From a virus, in the IMG/VR virus record IMGVR_UViG_3300028549_002288: a stretch of DNA of 23,407 bases, one strand, 5' to 3'. Positions 17,776 through 23,407 of the stretch are shown piece by piece; position 1 is the stretch's first letter, and each line of letters opens with the position of its first letter. Below the pieces are notes generated by a model. The model searched no databases. It was not told where the DNA came from and saw only the letters and a program-made list of their open reading frames with translations. Made by a program: the position numbers and the translations under genes.

Positions 17776-18549
17776 ATGAAAAAAATATTGTTTTTTTTGA
17801 TTTTAATACTATCTATTGGGTTCGGTAATGTTAAAACTACTTTACCGAAATTGGCAAACGATTATATACCAATTATATATGAGGAACAACAGAGGTTATG
17901 GAAAGACTTCAAGTATGTGTTCTTCCTATACGGACAGGTAGAGCAGGAGACCTGTTACAGTATGACTCATAAGAAGTGCTGGAACCCTAAGGTATATTTT
18001 CGAGGAATGAGGAATGGGGTAGTAGTCGAATTCGGTGGTGGTTTACCACAAGCGACAATGGCGGCTAGAGCCGTAAGGTTACCGAACGGCAGGTTTGTAC
18101 AAAAAATTAGATTTGATGCATTATCAGATCTGAAGATATCGTACCCCAGAGAACTGTCTGAGTTAACATGGAATAACCTTGCTAATAGACCAAGACTGCA
18201 AATTGTTTTTCTAATTTTAAAAAATAAACAGAACTGGGAACTTACTAGAAAGTACGCCGTTGACGATTTTAACGGCATAATGTTTATGTTAGCCAGTTAC
18301 AACGGGGGTGTCGGTGGACTTAGAAGTGAGATAAAGAGATGTATGAAGACACGAGGTTGTAATTCTGGCGTCTGGTTTGGTAACGTAGAACGTGTCGTGA
18401 TGAAATCACAAAAAGTTTTATGGGGTAATAAATCGCCATACCAAATAAACAGAGAATATGTATTTAACATCACCAGAGTAAGGGTAGAGAAATATATACA
18501 AAACCATCTTAGTAGAGACAATGACTATGAGTATGTAAGTGAGAAGTAA
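17776..18549 (+). CDS. Lytic transglycosylase (SLT / lysozyme-like fold) with N-terminal signal peptide; probable endolysin
   Basis: GQVEQET (candidate catalytic Glu), GGGLPQ, MLASYNGG, INREYV motifs; MKKILFFLILILSIGFG leader; AAGGA RBS. Confidence 0.85.
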   Translation: MKKILFFLILILSIGFGNVKTTLPKLANDYIPIIYEEQQRLWKDFKYVFFLYGQVEQETCYSMTHKKCWNPKVYFRGMRNGVVVEFGGGLPQATMAARAVRLPNGRFVQKIRFDALSDLKISYPRELSELTWNNLANRPRLQIVFLILKNKQNWELTRKYAVDDFNGIMFMLASYNGGVGGLRSEIKRCMKTRGCNSGVWFGNVERVVMKSQKVLWGNKSPYQINREYVFNITRVRVEKYIQNHLSRDNDYEYVSEK

Positions 18550-18566
18550 TTCTCACTTACATACTC
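18529..18566. terminator. 17-bp-stem hairpin (GTAA loop) between convergent genes; probable bidirectional terminator
   Basis: GAGTATGTAAGTGAGAA-GTAA-TTCTCACTTACATACTC. Confidence 0.7.
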
Positions 18567-19059
18567 TACTTAAAGCCGATATCATCGGTGTATAATCGTT
18601 ACTTGTAGGGGATTTAATTAACCACAGCGTATCGTCTATATCACTGAACATAAGAGTGTTCATGTTATCAACCAGATCTAGAAAATCGCTTATATTCATT
18701 TGTCTGAATTTCTCCAGAAAAGGATTAGTAGTATCATACTCGTCGTCTTTAATATTATCGAACAAATACGGACTTCTGCGTAACGACGCCTTATTTGTGA
18801 TAATCCTGTCTATATTAGACGTGATCTTGTGTGTGGCCGAGGAAACTTTCCGCTTATAATAATCATATAAATTAACTAGCTTAACATTACTTTTGAACTT
18901 ATTCATGAGTACAAAAGCTTCCTTGTCTCCGAATTCGTCCCGCAGTATTCTAAAAAGGCGATCGCCACATGCACTTTTTGTTGTTCTGTCGCTTTTAATT
19001 ATTTCGTCAAACTTTAAAAAGTTTGCTGCGATGATCGGTTGTAATGTATGGTAATGCAT
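18553..19059 (-). CDS. Hypothetical protein
   Basis: 168-aa ORF with AAAGGA RBS. Confidence 0.7.
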   Translation of the reverse strand: MHYHTLQPIIAANFLKFDEIIKSDRTTKSACGDRLFRILRDEFGDKEAFVLMNKFKSNVKLVNLYDYYKRKVSSATHKITSNIDRIITNKASLRRSPYLFDNIKDDEYDTTNPFLEKFRQMNISDFLDLVDNMNTLMFSDIDDTLWLIKSPTSNDYTPMISALSRVCK

Positions 19060-19069
19060 TTAAGTCCTT

Positions 19070-19804
19070 TTAATCGAAGACCCTTCGGCCTATTAATAAT
19101 TCCCTCTTATATTTTTCATATAGTTTTTCAGGAATATTATTCTGTTTTACGAACGCGTCAAGCGTCATTTCGCTTTTCTTATATCTAGTAACATTGTCTT
19201 TTTTCGACGTCAACGAGTCGGGTGTCCTATTCCATCGGTACGACACTACGTCAGACATTGTAACCTTATACCCGCGATATAAAACACCTAACATAAAACA
19301 CACATCTGTATGAAAGGACCCACCCTCTACGAACGGTAGTTCTATCATGATATCTCTTCTACACAACATGCCGTTTATGACAGCCCTGTTCCTTCTGATA
19401 AGGTTAACAATCGTAGGCTTCAACGGCATATTTGTCCCTATCCCCGCAAGCCATATATCTCCACTAAAATTATCAGGAAGATGCAAAAGCATATCATCGT
19501 GATCTAGCTTGCATATATACGTTGACGTGGCCGATCTGGTTCCTATATTACTTGCTCTAGCGTCTGAACCTGATGGTGACAAATCGTGTTCGTATCCGTT
19601 AGATACGAACACGATTTCGTTTTCCGACGAGATTCTTTCGGCTTCTTTGATAAACAAAGAAAGATCGCCCTTCTCATTTAACGGTCCGTCGTTGACCATA
19701 ATGATTTCTCTCGGTTCTTGGAAAACGGCCGACAATAAACACTTGCGTAATGTAATTATATCGGATCTGCATGTTGTTATGACAACAGACACATCCTTTT
19801 TCAT
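19070..19804 (-). CDS. Glycosyltransferase family 2 (GT-A fold)
   Basis: DVSVVITT, CLLSAVFQ, EIIMVNDG, ARASNIG, YICKLDHDD (DxD), D-x-x-F and YRW...SLT motifs. Confidence 0.88.
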   Translation of the reverse strand: MKKDVSVVITTCRSDIITLRKCLLSAVFQEPREIIMVNDGPLNEKGDLSLFIKEAERISSENEIVFVSNGYEHDLSPSGSDARASNIGTRSATSTYICKLDHDDMLLHLPDNFSGDIWLAGIGTNMPLKPTIVNLIRRNRAVINGMLCRRDIMIELPFVEGGSFHTDVCFMLGVLYRGYKVTMSDVVSYRWNRTPDSLTSKKDNVTRYKKSEMTLDAFVKQNNIPEKLYEKYKRELLIGRRVFD

Positions 19805-20163
19805 TAGACTTTACCTGTAGATAAAGCAATGAATAATAATACGCCGATAATTAGTAAGACAACGGAGAAGTCTTTTATCGCGTGCGCCAAAGCCACGAGT
19901 CCTAATTGACTCGGATTATCCTTGACCATCTGGTGTAATTTTTCCGGATCTTGTATTACTCTAGGACGGAAAGCGTCCAGTCCAATTTCCAAAGCCGAAA
20001 TAATTGGTAATGTATACACTAATGTTGCCGTCACTATTGATAAATTTGTCAAGACGCCGCTTTCTGCTATGAAAATAGCCCCTTGGTCGATAATGAATAA
20101 TATTAATATAGATATCAACCATATGGCTATGAGCGCCGTGACTCTTTTGTCGAGAACAAACAT
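19804..20163 (-). CDS. Small three-TM membrane protein, holin-like
   Basis: 119 aa with three hydrophobic segments; 1.3 kb from the transglycosylase; holin role inferred. Confidence 0.5.
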   Translation of the reverse strand: MFVLDKRVTALIAIWLISILILFIIDQGAIFIAESGVLTNLSIVTATLVYTLPIISALEIGLDAFRPRVIQDPEKLHQMVKDNPSQLGLVALAHAIKDFSVVLLIIGVLLFIALSTGKV

Positions 20164-20172
20164 TTTACTTCC

Positions 20173-22041
20173 TTATGTTAATTTTTCACCAACAAGATTG
20201 GTGACTCTTGTATTATAACTCAAGACGTCGCCGTCAGATAATTCAATAACAGACGGTACGCTTAAATGTCCTGAGTTCAATATCTTTCTATTCGTCCAGA
20301 TATTTCTTTCCTTATCCAGAACCATAGAAATTGGAATTGAGTTGTTATCCAACGTGTAGATAACGATCTCATTCTTTCTGTTTACGAGCTTTCTTATAGC
20401 GTTGTCGTGAACGTTTGTCGACGACAACGGCTGTAGAACATACGTCTCTTCCCCGTCGATAGTAGATAGTAAAACTTTCCTATCATTAAAAACTAATAGA
20501 ATAAATTTCTCGTCGTAATTAACTACAGCAGGAAGCGCCTGATTTGCAAATTCCTTATCGAAGTAAACGTGGCTGACCTTACCGCTTGTGCTTATAAATA
20601 GAAAATCTAGGTACCCTACGCTTTCATCCCTACTAAACACGCCTATTGTTTTTGTATCAGCAATGAAAAATTCAATATTATCGTCTTGTCTATATTTAGG
20701 ATTAACTGTTTTTGTAATAAAACCAGGGTATGTTTTACTGTAACTATTAATCCCTATTTCTTTTAACGATAACAAGGCTCCTGTATACTTATTAAAATGT
20801 ACGAGATATAGATACCTTTCGTAACCATTGCTAACTTTTTTCAGCACCGATACACCTACGAACGCGTCATTGATCGTCATTATCTTATTTCGCTCTACTG
20901 TTTTCGCGAGATGTTCCGGAAGATTCAATTGCCATATATTTTTGTTTTCAATGATGTCTTCTTCGTCGAAATGAGACATCTTTATACTGTTTGATTCGTT
21001 ATCGTACAGTGGTATCCATCTGTGAATTTCTTCACTCTGACAATCACCTGTCTTGAACGGCAAGCTGAAACCATCTATTGTCACTAGAGCATTTACAAAA
21101 GGTCTTGTAGATGATCTTCTAAACATGGAAACATTATCCACCACTACGTCGAACTGCTGAACCTCTATGTCAGAATTACTGAAACTAGATATTGCTGTTA
21201 CGGAATAAGTCATTTCATATAGCTGTTGAGTTTTTACAATCTCGACTATAGTATTTTTTCCGCTTACTATACCTTCTGCTACAGTATTTCCTTTTTTATC
21301 TGTAAATGAAATACTTGTCTGCACATGATCTGTTCTTTTATGTCGTAATCTAAGAAAGTTACTTTCAGCGTAGCTCTCTAGTTTAAAATCTTCTAGGTCA
21401 AATACTACATTGTACTTTTCAAACTCCCTTATAATAAATACTTTACTCGCCATATTTGAAAAGTTATTATTGTCCGTGCCAAACTGGCCCTTTAGGATAT
21501 ATATTTTATCCATTTCTAAATGAGGGATTGGTCCTATGGTAACTTTATTTTTGATGGCGTCTTCTGTTATATTCTTTTTAGAATACACAACATTCCCATT
21601 GACGTCGGTAATGTAAATGTTCGTTGCATGATGTTTACCGACGCCACTATAAATAGCAAAATCACTTAACAGTACATCAACTTCTTGTGTTTTGATAAGT
21701 TCCAAATTCGGACAGGTGATATCTGGTGTAACAACAATGACGCCGTTCACGGAATATCCGTTTCCGTTGTCACTTATTAACGCCGGTATCTCCCAGTCCG
21801 TTCGGACATCTATTTCCGGATCGTTATAAAATGGCTTAGAGGTGTAGTAGTACTTTTTACCATACCTCAAATCCAGTTCTATCTCCAAAGAGTCGATAAA
21901 CTCTGTGCTATTTAGAATTTCTTCGTACTCCCCTTTTTTGTACTTTTCAAGTGAAGTAAAAATTCTCCACGACATACTAACGACACCATCGTCGTGTACC
22001 GGACACTCGATTCTTACGGTCTTGAAATTAGCCCCGTCCAT
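20173..22041 (-). CDS. Putative virion protein with Ig/FN3-like domains and beta-rich C-terminus; start revised to 22041 (622 aa)
   Basis: AAAGGAG RBS before MDGANF; the longer 657-aa version runs through a terminator; paralogous to 9518-10492. Confidence 0.6.
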   Translation of the reverse strand: MDGANFKTVRIECPVHDDGVVSMSWRIFTSLEKYKKGEYEEILNSTEFIDSLEIELDLRYGKKYYYTSKPFYNDPEIDVRTDWEIPALISDNGNGYSVNGVIVVTPDITCPNLELIKTQEVDVLLSDFAIYSGVGKHHATNIYITDVNGNVVYSKKNITEDAIKNKVTIGPIPHLEMDKIYILKGQFGTDNNNFSNMASKVFIIREFEKYNVVFDLEDFKLESYAESNFLRLRHKRTDHVQTSISFTDKKGNTVAEGIVSGKNTIVEIVKTQQLYEMTYSVTAISSFSNSDIEVQQFDVVVDNVSMFRRSSTRPFVNALVTIDGFSLPFKTGDCQSEEIHRWIPLYDNESNSIKMSHFDEEDIIENKNIWQLNLPEHLAKTVERNKIMTINDAFVGVSVLKKVSNGYERYLYLVHFNKYTGALLSLKEIGINSYSKTYPGFITKTVNPKYRQDDNIEFFIADTKTIGVFSRDESVGYLDFLFISTSGKVSHVYFDKEFANQALPAVVNYDEKFILLVFNDRKVLLSTIDGEETYVLQPLSSTNVHDNAIRKLVNRKNEIVIYTLDNNSIPISMVLDKERNIWTNRKILNSGHLSVPSVIELSDGDVLSYNTRVTNLVGEKLT

Positions 22042-22101
22042 TATGGCTCCTTTATTTTTTATATCAGGAAAATAGAATTGGACAGTATAAAAAACAATAA
22101 T

Positions 22102-22141
22102 AAAAAAAAAGCATATGTCCCGAATAGGACATATGCTTTTT
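22102..22141 (-). terminator. Intrinsic, potentially bidirectional terminator
   Basis: AAAAAGCATATGTCC-cgaata-GGACATATGCTTTTT, T9 on the minus strand. Confidence 0.88.
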
Positions 22142-22142
22142 A

Positions 22143-22859
22143 TCAAACCCTAAATTTTGCGCGATGTCTGAGTCTATCAGCGGTGGACATTTGTTCGTAA
22201 ATGTCTATCGCTATTGTGGCCTTTCCCGTAGCCAAGGCTATTAAGTTAAGGCCGTATAGATCACTAGAGTGTATAAGCTCTAGATTTACTCCTCCGGCGC
22301 TTTGTCTATTTCGGCGCGAAATAGACAAATGGTTTTCCCTAAGGGAACTAAACATATCGTCCCCTAAGATAATAGATTCTTTTAATATTTTATTTATTTT
22401 CTTGGGGTATAGTTTTTTAATACTGTCCCTAAATTTTCTACCGTTGAAAATTACTTCGTACATCGTAGTGACCGCGAGTACGAAATCGACGGATGTTTCA
22501 TACTTATGCTCAGGGGTATTTTCCAAGAGCCCTTTAAATATCGCATGGAACTCATCGTCGCGCATGATAGTTTCCGTGAAGGAAACTATCATGCCGTGAT
22601 ATTTGCCCATACTTTTAATAAAGGTGTCGGTAAACACTTTACCGCCGTTAGCGTCGTATCGATTTGAAACGACTAAGGTGTTCTTGTCTAGTATATCCAT
22701 ATTGACAAGAGCTATTCTCAGTGTTATTTCGAAGAAAAGAACACTCTTTTCGAAATCGGACAAATGCTCGATGGCTTTTGTCGCCGACTTAAAGTCGTAA
22801 ACTTTTTCTTCCGGTTTAGGTAAAACCGGAATCCATGGTTTAGTCAGTACAGTTTTCAT
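22143..22859 (-). CDS. Hypothetical protein
   Basis: 238-aa ORF with AAGGA RBS, own promoter-like motif and terminator. Confidence 0.75.
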   Translation of the reverse strand: MKTVLTKPWIPVLPKPEEKVYDFKSATKAIEHLSDFEKSVLFFEITLRIALVNMDILDKNTLVVSNRYDANGGKVFTDTFIKSMGKYHGMIVSFTETIMRDDEFHAIFKGLLENTPEHKYETSVDFVLAVTTMYEVIFNGRKFRDSIKKLYPKKINKILKESIILGDDMFSSLRENHLSISRRNRQSAGGVNLELIHSSDLYGLNLIALATGKATIAIDIYEQMSTADRLRHRAKFRV

Positions 22860-22905
22860 TTATATCCTTAACGAGTTAAATTCATTTATATTATATATGA
22901 ATGAA

Positions 22906-22937
22906 TTTAACTAGGAGTCCAAAGACTCCTAGTTAAA
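22906..22937 (-). terminator. 14-bp-stem hairpin overlapping the stop codon of the last gene
   Basis: TTTAACTAGGAGTC-caaa-GACTCCTAGTTAAA. Confidence 0.7.
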
Positions 22938-23406
22938 ATACGAAATCTAAAATATCTACTATCGGGTTTCCTTTTAAACTCTGGTTAAACCCAGAGGCTC
23001 TATCGCCAGACGCGATATTGGCTAATTTAGAAAAATAGCTATTGTCTGTCGGAACATATTCGTCAGAGTTTCCAGAATATGCGTTGACGCTAGATTTAAC
23101 GTCGTTATATGTCTGTACAGGGTCTTTTAAATGATTACCCTTATCCATTTCATACTTCGCTACCTTATTGAGCAAACTGGCCTTATCCTGAGAATTTTTA
23201 TAAGTCGTTACGTTATCGCCTAATTGCGTTGCTGACTCAGATAGTAAATCCTTACTTACAGAATCGCTTCTAGATACAAAGGAGTTAATAGCTCCAGCAA
23301 GCGACTCATCTGATATGTTCGGAATTGCTAGCTTTACTCCTTCTATACCACCTTCGTAACCAAGACAGGCAAATCCAAATAATGTATTAGCAACCACAGT
23401 CTCTCT
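22933..23406 (-). CDS. 3' part of a hypothetical gene, probably truncated by the right edge
   Basis: Frame stays open beyond the GTG at 23397 to the window end. Confidence 0.7.
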   Translation of the reverse strand, partial: RETVVANTLFGFACLGYEGGIEGVKLAIPNISDESLAGAINSFVSRSDSVSKDLLSESATQLGDNVTTYKNSQDKASLLNKVAKYEMDKGNHLKDPVQTYNDVKSSVNAYSGNSDEYVPTDNSYFSKLANIASGDRASGFNQSLKGNPIVDILDFVF

Positions 23407-23407
23407 T

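Noticed and set aside
17778-17800. A and T homopolymers at the start of the endolysin as phase-variation sites
   Set aside because: Runs of 8 are common in this AT-rich sequence and encode a normal KK-FF signal peptide
22042-22146. 35-aa hydrophobic N-terminal extension of the 657-aa ORF, which looks like a signal/TM segment
   Set aside because: It is translated terminator and poly-T sequence; the true RBS precedes 22041
699-22800. Many antisense ORFs in the track (e.g. 699-1235, 1986-2684, 13849-14274, 17967-18278, 22201-22599)
   Set aside because: They lie opposite well-supported genes, have Ser/Ile/Leu-rich shadow composition and no recognisable motifs
1-23407. Alternative genetic code (stop recoding)
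   Set aside because: Standard-code ORFs tile the window densely and TAA, TGA and TAG are all used as real stops

Overview
Fragment of a phiKZ-like jumbo phage (Chimalliviridae-type) genome, AT-rich and almost entirely encoded on the minus strand. It carries the two C-terminal subunits of the split non-virion RNA polymerase (beta C-term, similar to phiKZ gp71-73; beta' C-term, similar to gp74) and a gp120-like major capsid protein. The capsid gene ends a long operon that also holds three tandem paralogous fibre genes with short collagen-like segments and a DUF4376-like fibre chaperone. Also present are a signal-peptide lytic transglycosylase (the only plus-strand gene), a holin-like membrane protein, a family-2 glycosyltransferase and several hypothetical proteins. 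The non-coding DNA is highly structured: two apparent classes of phage promoter/leader motif, long palindromes built on stop codons, and a ~300-bp intergenic region with CCGTAG-containing hairpins beside an AT-rich tract. All family assignments come from motif recognition by eye, not from database searches.
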